64,000 bases of DNA, taken from assembly GCF_035084215.1 (NCBI RefSeq), contig NC_090331.1:17670001-17734000 (forward strand), written 5' to 3'. Positions within the stretch are counted from its first letter, which is position 1, and every line of letters starts with the position of its first letter. This DNA comes from Heptranchias perlo. Lineage: Eukaryota. The notes beneath the pieces were generated by a model, which did no database searches, had not been told where the DNA came from, and was given only the letters and a program-made list of their open reading frames with translations. This document shows, one piece after another, positions 26,415-37,805 of this stretch. The position numbers and the translations under genes are program-made.

Positions 26415-29240
26415 GTCGGTAAACTTTCATGAATACAAAAAAAAATCCCCGACATTGAACTTAACGTTGAAGTGCAGTAAATGAAAGTGATCCTACCCGC
26501 CTTTATAGTGCTGTCATCACAGTAGCTTATCATCACAGAGCTAATAGCTGGGGTTAATATGTATGGGTTGTTACTAACTTTGGGGTCAGACGAAGAATCG
26601 GAACAGGTTAGAAGTCGTGATTATAAAGACACGAATCGACCTACATTTCGCACTCAGGGTTAGAATTTCCCTCTGCCCTATTCTGTGGTAGCAGTCTGCA
26701 TATTCAAACTGACTGTGTAACTGTAACATTTCTTAACCACCACTAGAGCTGCAACTCGGTACCAAATGAAGACATATGGACAGTAATAGATTTGGGAGCT
26801 TATTGAGATTTTATTGTAAATTATTGAATGAAGATCATTCACCTTTAATTCGATTCCTTTCACTGGAGCAAACAATTTATTGGTTTTCAAATTTGACGAC
26901 AATACATAAACGCCATCATTGTAGCTGCTGCACACCATAAAATGTGTAGATTTTGAAAAAAAAGTCCAAAGTAAAGATAGTACTGAAAGGGTTACAGTCA
27001 AAACGGACGTTCGAGATAATTAAATGAGGCTCAGGATTTGCCCGTCAATGACAAATTAATTGGTAGCGTGTGTGAAGCTCTAATTTATGGCCATTACATG
27101 AAAAAGTGGTTTGATGTCATGCTTTTCCAGCATTTAAAACAGTTCTTAACAAAAATAGTTGAAAAAATACATCACGCACACACCAGGCTCCATTACAGCT
27201 GCTTATTGGAATGTGGAATCAAAGCGAACACACAACAGATGAGCAAAAACAAAGTAAAAATATGCCTTGATTAAACATATTCTTGGCTTTACTGAGGTAT
27301 TTACTGTACAAAATTTGGTTAAATATTTAAACCAGAAAGCAAAATCAGAAACACCCAACTTGGTCGAGATTGACTAGGTAACGTTTCATGATTTTCATGT
27401 ACGGTATTTTGTACTTATGTGGTTGCAGGTAAATTTACACCAAGTTGAAAAGACGGTGCTTTATTTATAACACTGTACACAGGATAATAACTTTACCATA
27501 AAAAATCATTAAATCTACCATGGGGCAGCACTTAAGACGGTGTAATATTAATGATGAAATATTCCCTCTAAAAGAGCAAATGCACGATTCCTCGTATGTG
27601 TGGAAGGAAAACATTTAGAGACTGGTTTATGGGGAAATTATGTTTCGGGATTAAACCTAGAATCATGTTTCGGTGCTATGTTATAATAAGTAAATAGCTA
27701 TAAGTGTACTTTTAAAATAATACCCACCGGTTTGCGGAATCATGGGTAAAGCGATGAAAATTATGATCGTATTGATAGGAGAAAGCGTTTCACCGTTTCA
27801 TGGTTTGTAATGCGCAGACCTTTTGCTGATTACTTTCTTTACAAGTTCTATCGGAGAAAACCCCCAACCATTTACTGAACAGCGAGGTGGTCTTTGAAAG
27901 ATACTACATCCCAGCCGGTAGTCAGCTTCACAATAGCGACGCAAACATTGTTTTTACGACCTTGTAAAGTTTACAGTAGGGCTAAATAAACGCACTTTTG
28001 AAAGTTGAAGTACCTCCATATATTATGAAAGTGTCTTTGCTCGGGCCCTGCGAGGACACGCTACTTTAAAACGCTTGGAACAAATTTGTAGTTTTTTTAT
28101 TGTAGGAACAGCACAATATATATGACACTGAAGTCTGAACTAAATATTTCTCGGCCCAAATCTTGTTTGCATTCGTGATTGTCATTGCCGTTCAGAAAAT
28201 GCTGTGCCTGAGTATTTAAATCTGTACAATACTTCATGTATCTGTGAAGCGAGAATATGCATAGTCTTCTCAATAGATTAGAATCTAAATAAGTAATTAT
28301 TATTTCAACAGAGTCCCAAATACATGTTCTAATTTAGCAATACTAGAGGAATAGTGTATGCAGGACTATTTTATTAAGAACTTTTTATTCACCCCATCTA
28401 TTGCATAAAATTGGATTAATTTGCACTTGGCGACTAAACTGTTTCAGTTTTGCTATTATATATTTATGATAATATTGTTGGGGGCATCGATACATATTAA
28501 ACCCATAATTTCGTGTTTGAATAAGTCACTTGTTGAAGTGTAATGAAACCTTTGATACTTCTGGCATAAAGTTGCGATTGAATTTGTGAATTTACATTAA
28601 TGGTTTGGAACACATCACACCTCAAAAATTGTCCCAAAGTCCTAGTCTAGAGTATTAAAGTGTCGCCCGATTCTAACGTTGCAATCTTCAAAACGCGTGC
28701 AAACATATTTCGATATTCTACAAATGATGTACTAATAACAGAACGATTTACTGCTATGTATTGGATGAAAAATTACGAACTTCCCTCTATTAGTGTCAAT
28801 GAAGCATGTTTCGCCAGCGTAAACTGATTACTTAGGGGGCTGACCTTTACAACATCAGACTGATTGATAATCCCATCTCTGCTTACGTGAACGGACTGTT
28901 TCCGTTAACTTGTAACATTATTCGTAAACCAAGATTTTCCAATTCAATAAGCTGATATAGAGGTCTGTCTTTTAGTGATTCTCTATTAGGCCTTTAAGAT
29001 AAGGTTTTAGGCATTGATCTTTAGAGCTGCATGTAAAGTTCTTAAACACAGCTGTGCCATCTAAACAAAGTTACAATCAGGCACTTTTTTTCACATTGTG
29101 AACAGCACTGTGAAAGTAATCGCGTCTTAACACACGTTTCTCGCAACTTACTGGAGAATTGTCTTGAATACATTTCTGACTCAGAGGCGAATTTACTGCT
29201 AGTCATACAAGGATTAACATTTTCTATTCTCTTAATGCAG
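26415..29240 (+). other. inhbb: Single intron of inhbb (2826 bp, GT-AG, phase 1)
   Basis: GT at 26415, a pyrimidine tract and AG at 29239-29240. Joining the exons restores the conserved reading frame. Confidence 0.93.
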
Positions 29241-30016
29241 ATGAGCTGGCTTCATCCAAATCACGCCTGTACTTTCTGATTTCAAACGAGGGGAACCAAA
29301 ATCTCTTTGTCCAGCAAGCCAACTTGTGGCTCTATTTGAAACTGCTCCCGTCCAACTCTGAAAAGGGCAGCCGGCGCAAAGTGACGGTGAAAATCTATTT
29401 CCAAGAAGCTGGGAGCTCCAACAAATGGGCATCGGTTGAAAAGAGGGTCGATCTGAAGAGAAGCAGCTGGCACACGTTCCCCATGACGGAGCCCATCCAG
29501 GCTCACTTCGAGAGGGGAGAGAGGAGGCACGACATGGAAGTACGCTGCGAGGGCTGTGAGGGCTTGGCGGTGGCTCCCATCCTGGTGGACAGCGCCGACG
29601 AATCCCACCGACCCTTTCTGGTGGTCCAAGCCCGGGCTCTCGACAGCAAGCACCGGATCCGCAAGAGAGGGCTGGAGTGCGACGGCAGGACCAACCTGTG
29701 CTGCAGACAGCAGTTTTACATTGATTTCCGACTGATCGGCTGGAACGACTGGATCATCGCGCCGACCGGCTACTACGGCAACTACTGCGAGGGGAGCTGC
29801 CCGGTTTACATGGCTGGGGCGCCAGGCTCCGCTTCGTCCTTTCACACGGCCGTGGTCAATCAGTACAGAATGCGAGGCATGAACCCCGGGTCCATGAACT
29901 CCTGCTGCATCCCCACTAAACTCAGCACCATGTCAATGCTCTACTTCGACGATGAGTACAACATCGTGAAGAGGGACGTGCCCAATATGATTGTGGAAGA
30001 ATGTGGTTGTGCATGA
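29241..30016 (+). CDS. inhbb: Inhibin beta B precursor, coding exon 2 (C-terminal prodomain, furin site RIRKR 29654-29668, mature TGF-beta domain 29669-30013)
   Basis: The acceptor ttctcttaatgcag|AT at 29240/29241 joins in frame (G|AT = Asp) to give ...[27 protein letters not shown]. The 115-aa mature peptide [16 protein letters not shown]...VEECGCA has the 9-Cys activin pattern and is beta-B type (about 7 differences from the human sequence as recalled). The spliced CDS is 1173 nt = 390 aa + stop. Confidence 0.98.
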
Positions 30017-31580
30017 GGGACTTCCTGAGCGCATTTTAGGGACACTTTTCTTTCAAAAGGGGTGTTGTTGCACACTTTTACTACGCTCAATTGACCAAGC
30101 CGTTGACTTAAATAAACCAACCCAATTTTGTCACTGGGGTCAACTGTGATTTAAAAGTCACCATCTGACTTTTAACCAATCCGGATATACTGTACATAGT
30201 GTGTATGGCTCACGTCAACAGCACCAAGCACAGTGATTTTTATTCTCAACATGGTTTAAAGTGAAGTCCAATAGAGGCTCCCTTAAAAAAACTCCAAATA
30301 TCAAAGCACATCAGTGATGTACTTAAATGGTGCGTGAGTCACCGTTAAGATGAAGTGTTCCTTCACAGCACTCTGCTTCGATGAGAAATTGAACACTTAA
30401 TTATTTATACCGCAAAGACTTCTGTTTTACAATATGTGTGTAAATGATCGGACTTTAAGGAACCTACGTTGTCCTTCAGTAGGGTTACACACAACTTCTA
30501 TTTGAATCATGGACGCACAAGAGTGAACATGAGCATCTAGATATGACTATGGAGAAACTTGAGATACTGATCCTTACTTTCCAGGGAACAAACTACCCCC
30601 ACCCCCCCCCATCTCCCTCAAGTAACGTCTGCTCTATGTGCAGGCAACTCTGAACACTGGGGTCTCTGTTCTCCATACACTCTAAACCTGCTGGGACGGG
30701 GGACGGTCTGAATAGAAACCTGGCGATGATTTCACACGTTTATACAAACTTAAAAAAATCGATTCGACTAATTTTAATACAATTGAACTTCATCTGTATA
30801 TTGAAACCATTGACACATATCTTTCCCTTTCCAGTCTTTCTATCCCTCCTGTCCTGTCTTTTCCCTTTCTCTCTCCACATCCCAACATTATGTTTTAACC
30901 TATCAGTTTTGTCTCTCTCCCTTCTTTCCCTCTCGCCTTTTCTTTCTGCCCTCTCTATTAATATATATATATATAAAAAAACTGTTTTCAGATAGTATGT
31001 GAATTCAGAATGGGCCGAATGGACGAAGCCCTTGGATTGGCACTTGTATTAAAATGGCCCTTCAGTGATAACACAATTCAAGATCACTCCATAGTGAATA
31101 CAATATGCATTGATGGCCATATTGCGTTAAGACGTTGGAGTCGCATAGCACTTACAAAGTACTGAAAGCACATATAGCACTTGCATATCTGAATGCCTTG
31201 AAAAAAAAGTGGTACTTAACGGTGCACTTGTCTCCAATTACCCAATTCCATTCGTTTCTTATTAAATAAGTGCCGGTTGGGAGCTATGCAATGTAAACGA
31301 TTAGCAGTAAACAGGGGAATTAAAATCTTTCCAATTACTTGAAGCTAAATCTTTCGCTTCCTGGATACGGCGAATGATTGTTTATAGAGGTTTTTTTTCG
31401 CGTTTTCTATTTGCACTGAGAAGTTGCGTTGATTAGTTTTTAAAAAAACTGCCATTTTTTAAACAAAAAATGAAAATGTTATTTTTATAGAAAGAAGAAG
31501 AATTCTGGGGGTGGGGGGTGGGGGGTAATCGAAATGTATTATACATATCAATGGATTAAATAATGGAACCAAAGAGGCCA
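30017..31580 (+). other. inhbb: Putative inhbb 3' UTR with candidate poly(A) signals (AATAAA 30111-30116; ATTAAA 31048-31053, 31261-31266, 31555-31560)
   Basis: Repeat-free sequence downstream of the stop codon. The hexamers are seen directly; the true 3' end is unknown. Confidence 0.45.
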
Positions 31581-31875
31581 AGTATTTAGTGTTCTGTAAA
31601 TGTTATTGGACGGCAAGGCCATTGAGATGTTTAGTGGTAGTATGGTTAGCAAGGAACGTGAGTATTCTGTCAGCTTCATGTCACTATGGATTCCATTTCT
31701 CAATAACCCATGCAACTTATCAAAAGCAAGCACATGCTATATATAGCATACCCACAATATCAACCTGTCACATCATGACGATATCATGCATTTCCTTATT
31801 GTTACATATATGGTAATTTAAAACTGGTTCAGATTCATATTCATTTACTAGCTAACTTGGAATATTTGACACTTA

Positions 31876-31975
31876 TAGAATCATAGAATCATAGAATGGT
31901 TACTGCACAGAAGGAGGCCATTCGGCCCATCAAGCCCATGCCGGCTTTTTGTAAGAGCAATCCAGTTAGTCCCAA
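31876..31975 (-). mobile_element. CR1 3'-end fragment
   Basis: (tagaatca)n tail followed by ggccattcggccc. A near-identical fragment lies at 52047-52155. Confidence 0.85.
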
Positions 31976-32454
31976 ACTTCTGTACAGTTTGGCTACAATA
32001 AAAACAAATCTACATCTATGTGATGTGTGTGAGCAGTTATTTGCAGTGAACAAGGTGAGGGTGAGTGGGATACCTTGCAATGTTTATGGGACCGTTCATG
32101 GTGACTTTTGCAATTGCTAGAAATCAACACTTTCACCAGCGAATTCTCAGCAGCCCCAATCAAACATCTGGTCCTCTCAGTCCCGCTGTCATTAGTCTGC
32201 CCACACTGCTTTACAAAAAAACACTTCAAAGTATCAGGTCCAAACACTGGCAATAAAATTACAATTATGTGTAGAACTAGAAGGGGATTGGATTAGGGAT
32301 TCAAAAAAAGTCTCGACCTTTACTTCTCTCTGACATATATTACAATGATCAGATAGGAACAGGAGTAGACCATTCAGCCCTCCCCCTTCACCCCCACCAA
32401 CCTGTTCCATCATTCAATTAGATCATGGCTGATTTGTACCTCAGCTTAATTTAC

Positions 32455-32983
32455 AACAACAACGTGCATTTATATAGCACCTTTAACTTGGCAAAACGTC
32501 CCAAAGTGCTTCACACGAGCGTTATCGAACAAAATTTCACACCGAGCCACATAAAGAAGTATTAGGACAAGAGGTAAGTTTTAAGGAGCATCTTAGAGAA
32601 GGAAAGAGGTAGAGAGGTTTTGGGAGGGAATTCAAGAGCATAGGGCCTAGGCAGCTGAAAGCACGGCTACCAATGGTGGAGCAATGAAAATCGGGGATGC
32701 GCAAGAGGCCAGAATTGGAGGAGTGCAGAGACCTCGGAGGTTTGTAGGGCTGGAGGAGGTTACAGAGAATGGGAGAGGCGAGGCCATGGAGGGATTTGAA
32801 AACAAGGATGAGAATTTTAAAATCAAGGAGTTGCCAGATCAGGAGCCAATGTAGGTCAGTGAGCACAGGGGTGATGGGTGAACCGGACTTGGTGCGAGTT
32901 AGGATACGGACAGCAGAGTTTTGGATGAGCTCAAGTTTAAGGAGGGTGTAAAGTGGGAGGTCAGCCAGGAGAGCATTGGAATA
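32455..32983 (-). mobile_element. L2 LINE 3' fragment
   Basis: KLELIQNSAVRILTRTKSGSPITPVLTDLHWL...FKILILVFKSLHGLA is the typical L2 ORF2 C-terminus. The tail reads gctatataaatgc + (GTT)n. Confidence 0.9.
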
Positions 32984-33076
32984 ATGCTTTGCTCCATATT
33001 CGTTGATACGTTTACCTATATCCGTTGCTGTCATCAAATAATTGACTAATTATGTCAAAGCACATCAATCAAAAGA

Positions 33077-33830
33077 TAAGAACATAAGAACCTAAGAAAC
33101 GGGAGCAGGAGTAGGCCATATGGCCCCTCGAGCCTGCTCTGCCATTCAATAAGATCATGGCTGATCTTCTACCTCAACTCCACTTTCCTGCAATATCCCC
33201 ATATCCCTTGATTCCCTTAGTGTCCAAAATCTATCGATCTCAGTCTTGAATATACTCAGCCTTTTGGGGTAGAGAATTCCAAAGAGTCACAACCCTTTGA
33301 GTGAAGAAACGGCACTCGAGGCCATTTATACTAAACGGCCGACACCTTATCTTGAGACTATGACCTCTAGTTCTAGATGCTCCAGTCAGAGGAAACAGCT
33401 TCTCAGCATCTACCCTGTCAAATCCTCTAAGAATATTATACGTTTCAATGAGATTACCTCTCATTCTTCAAAACCCCAGAGAATATAGGCGCATTCTACT
33501 CAATCTCTCCTCATAGGACTACTCTTTCATCTCAGGAATCAATCTAGTGAATCTTTGTTGTTCCCCCTCTAAGGCAAGTATATCCATCCTTAGGTAAGGA
33601 GACCAAAACTGTACACAGTACTCCAGGTGTGGTCTCACCAGAGCCCTATAGAATTGCAAAAAGATCTCCTTACTCTTGTACTTCAACCGCCTTTCAATAA
33701 AGGCTAACATACCATTTGCCTTCCTAATTGCTTGCTGAACCTGCATGTTAAATTTCTGTGATTCATGTGCAAGGACACCCAAATTCCTCTGACTACCAAC
33801 ATTTCTTAGTCTCTCACCTTTTAAAAATTA
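33077..33830 (-). mobile_element. CR1 3' fragment (ttcttatg-tail subfamily)
   Basis: RPHLEYCVQFWSPY, RGNLIETY and FFTQRVV on the minus strand; tail aagaacataagaa. Confidence 0.92.
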
Positions 33831-34641
33831 TAATGTCTGATGCTGAAAAGTTAAAAATACAAATGATATATGAAATATTTTCAATGTACTGCAGGATTTA
33901 TTTTTTTCTTATCTGTGCTAGTGAATCTGTTTCATCTAACTCCTTTTAAATCGAGACTGGGAGGCCCATCAACCTGTTTCGAAGCACCTTAACTCGTGTT
34001 AGGTCAATCTTGCCATCAAGTTTACCACAAGCACTTGCTTCGTGTCTTACTCCTACACTGCAAGAGGCAGATAGACCTCCTGCTCCTAAACCAGAATTAC
34101 TAAGCCTTCTCAGGGAGTCGCTGCACTTTCCTGATTTAACAAATCCTGCAGTGTCGACTCCTTCTTCACGCATTCATGAAACAAAATAACCAATTTTCTC
34201 TCCCCCGCTTTCTCCCAAGTATTTATGCTACTAAAGGCCGCTCATCTGATTCTTTTGGCTGCTAATGAAGCTTTCACGCTCATTGATCCTCACCGCCCAG
34301 CGATTCACACTCACTGCTGTTACAATATTACAACTTCAATGGGGACCAGAGAAGAAAGGTGGATCAGCAATGGGGGGATTTGCTTTGCATAATCCGCTTT
34401 TACATTATTTTCCAGTCATGTATAGGCCTATTCGATGTGTTTTGTCAGGAATGAAATATAGATGCGACAAAGGTGAGACCTTTCGTCACATTAGCATGCA
34501 AAAGAGGTTTGCGAAGGAAAATTCACCAGGTTCGAAAATACCAAATTATTGGATGGAAAGCCCCCAGCACACACCCCAGTTGTGGGTTGCTTATACAAGA
34601 AGTCTTAGTTAAGGTTGTTGTTATGGGAGTTATGTTTCCTA

Positions 34642-34742
34642 TATTACAACAGTGACTACATTTCAAAAGTACTTCATTGGTTGTAAAGCACTTTGGGACG
34701 CCCTGAGGTGGTGAAAGGTGCTATATAAATGCAAGTCTTTTG
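34642..34742 (+). mobile_element. 3' tail fragment of the Deu-domain SINE
   Basis: attacaacagtgactacatttcaaaagtac...gctatataaatgcaagtc matches 43932-44016. Confidence 0.75.
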
Positions 34743-35259
34743 TGACAATAGGCCACTAGAGGGCCTATTTTCAGACTGTTGGAGCAGATGCGCTTTAGGG
34801 GATGTTTGCATTGCAACTTTGGCTTCACTGGGATGATACAGTTGTAGTATAACTCCAGGGTCATGTCTTGATCTGCCTGGAGTGGAGGGCTGTGAGCTCC
34901 CCTGGGTGAGGCAGATTTAGGTTCTGACATGGCATGCAGTATAGCTGTAGTATGGTACCAAGCTGTGCTTGCTAACAGATCAGGGCATCTGTTGGACCTT
35001 CTGGGCACTTTATAAATGTACTCAGAGCTTATTCAACTGCACAGAGAATGTGGATACTCCTCCTACCTGCACTCTTGATAGTTTTAACAGCCGGGAGCTG
35101 AGCCCTACATATGCATGTAAACAGTATGTGCAGAGCTCTTTATGGACCTGATGGTCTGTATTGCAGCCAGGTAGTATGAAAAAAGTACTGCGACTGTCAA
35201 TGGATACTGTAGTTACTGATCTGAGGGTGTAATTACACGGTGGGATAGGGTTAAGACTA

Positions 35260-36250
35260 ACAACTTGGGGAGGGCAAACAAGGCAAGGGAATATGCAATA
35301 AATGGGAGGATACTGAGAGGTGTAGAAGAAGAGAGGGACTTTGGAGTGCATGTCTACAGATCCCTGAAGGTCGCAGATAAGGTGGTTAAAAAGTGAGTGG
35401 GCAAAAATTTGGCAGATGGAGTATAATGTGGGAAAATGTGAACTTGTCCACTTTGGCAGGAGGAATAGAAAAGCAGTATATTATTTAAATGGAGAGAGAT
35501 TGCAGAACTCTGAGGTACAGAGGGATCTGGGTGTCCTAGTACATGAATCACAAAAAGTTAGTATGCAGGTACAACAAGTGATTAGGAAGGCAAATGGAAT
35601 GTTGTCATTTATTGCAAGGGGAATGGAATATAAAAGTAGAGATGTTTTGCTACAGTTGTAAAGGGCATTGGTGAGCCCACATCTAGAATACTGTGTGCAG
35701 TTTTGGTCTCCTTATTTAAGAAAGGACATAATTGCTTTGGAGACGGTTCAGAGAAGTTTCACTCGACTGATTCCTGGGATGAGGGGATTATCTTATGAGG
35801 AAAGGTTGGACAAGTTGGGCCTGAATACATTGGAGTTTAGACGAATGAGAGGTGATCTTATTGAAACATATAAGATCCTGAGGGGACTAGAAGGGGAAGA
35901 TTGCTGAGGGGACGTTTTCCCTTGTGGGAGAGTGTAGAACTAGGGGCCACAGTTTAAAAATAAGGGGTCTCCCATTTAAGACAGAGATGAGGAGATTTTT
36001 TTTCTCACAGAGGGTCATGAGTCTGTGGAACTCCCTTCCCCAGAGAGTGGTGGAGGCAGGGTCATTGAATATTTTTAAGGCTGAGTTAGATAGATTCCTG
36101 ATTAACAAGGGAGTCAAAGGTTATAGTAGGTGGACGGGAAAGTAGGGTTGAGGCCACAATCAGATCAGCCATGATCTTATCAAATGGCAGAGCAGGCTTG
36201 AGGGGCAGAATGGCCTACTCCTGCTCTTAACTCGTATGCTCGTACGTACG
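35260..36250 (+). mobile_element. CR1 3' fragment(s)
   Basis: WQMEYNVGKC, HLEYCVQFWSPY and FFSQRVMSLWNSLP motifs. A short second CR1 piece occupies about 35260-35394. Confidence 0.9.
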
Positions 36251-37805
36251 TTCATATATGGCACTTTTATCAGATGCCTTTTGAAAGTCCATATATACCA
36301 CATCAACCACATTGCCCTCACCAACCCTCTCTGTTACCTCATCAAAAACTCAATCAAGTTAGTTAAACACGATTTGCCTTTAACAAATCCGTGCTGGCTT
36401 TCTTTTATCAAATCACACTTGTCCGAGTGACCATTAATTTTGTCCTGGATTATCATTTCTAAAAGCTTCCCCCCACTGAGGTTAAACTGACTGGCCTGTA
36501 GCTGCCGGGTTTATCCTTATCCCCTTTTTTGAAGGGTGTAACATCTCCAATTCTCCAGTCCTCTGGCACCACCCCCATATCTAAGGAGGATTGGAAGATT
36601 ATGGCCAGCACCTCTGCAATTTCCACCCTTACTTCCCTTAGCAACTTAGGATGTATCCCATCCAGACTGGGTGACATATCTACTTTTAGTATAGCCAGTC
36701 TTTCTAGTACTTCCTCTTTATCAATTTTTAGCCCATCCAGTATTTCAACTACCTCCTCTTTTACTGTGACTTTAGCCGCATCTTCTTCCTTGGTAAAAGA
36801 CAGATGCAAAGTACTCATTTAGTACCTCAGTCATGTCCTCTGTCTCCATGCGTAGATATCGTTTTTAGTCCCGAATCGGCCCCACCCCTTCTTTTAATAC
36901 CCATTTACTATTTATATGCCTCTGGAAGACTTTTGGATTCCCTTTTATGTCAGCTGCCAATCTATTCTCATACTCTCTCTTTACCCCTCTTATTTCCTTT
37001 TTCATTTCTTCTCTGTATTTTTTATATTCAGCCTGGTTCTCACATGTATTATCAACCTGACATCAGTCACATGATCTCTTTTTCTGCTTCATCTTACTCT
37101 CTATCTCTTTCGTCATCCAGGGAGCTCTGGCTTTGGTTGCCCTACCTGTATCTAAACTGTACCTGAACCATCTCCTCTTTAAAGGCCTCCCATTTGTTCG
37201 ATTACGGTTTTGCCTGCCAATCTTTGATTCCAATTTACCCGTTCTTAACACACTGAAATTGGCCCTTCTCCAATGAAGTATTTTTACTCTAGATTGCTCC
37301 TTGTCCTTTTCCATAACTAATCTAAACCTTATGATACTATGAAAATTGTTCCCTAAATGTTCCCCCACTGACACTTGCTCCACTTGACCCACTTCATTCC
37401 CCAGAACTAGATTCAGTAATGCCTCCCTCCCTAGAAACACACTGATCAAGAAAGTTCTCCTGAACACACTTCAGAAATTCCTCCCCCTCTTTGCCCTTTA
37501 CACTATTACTATCCCAGTCTATATTAGGATAATTGAAGTCCCCATTATCCCTACACTGTAGTTCTTGCACCTCTCTTTAATTTCCCTGCAAATTTGCTCC
37601 TCTATATCCTTCCCACTAGTTGGTGGCCTATAGAATACAACCAGTATTGAAATGGCACCTCTATTGTTTCTTAATTCTAAGCAAATAGACTCTGTCTTTG
37701 ACCCCTACATGACATCCTCTCTCTCCAGCACTGTCATTTTCTCCTTAATCAATAGTGCCACCTCCCCCCACCTTTTTTTCCTTCCCTATCTTTCCTGAAC
37801 ACCTT

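Noticed and set aside
25987-26430. 147-aa minus-strand ORF and other overlapping ORFs at exon 1
   Set aside because: These are antisense or alternate-frame shadows of the GC-rich inhbb exon with no recognisable domain.
29282-29845. 187-aa minus-strand ORF
   Set aside because: It is an antisense shadow of inhbb exon 2.
29324-30016. 230-aa ORF as a standalone gene, or as inhba/inhbe
   Set aside because: The start is a TTG inside exon 2 and the true frame begins at the splice acceptor 29241. The mature sequence ([27 protein letters not shown]) is beta-B type.
31507-31525. G-rich tract as a G-quadruplex
   Set aside because: Only three G runs are present and the tract resembles simple sequence; there is no further support.
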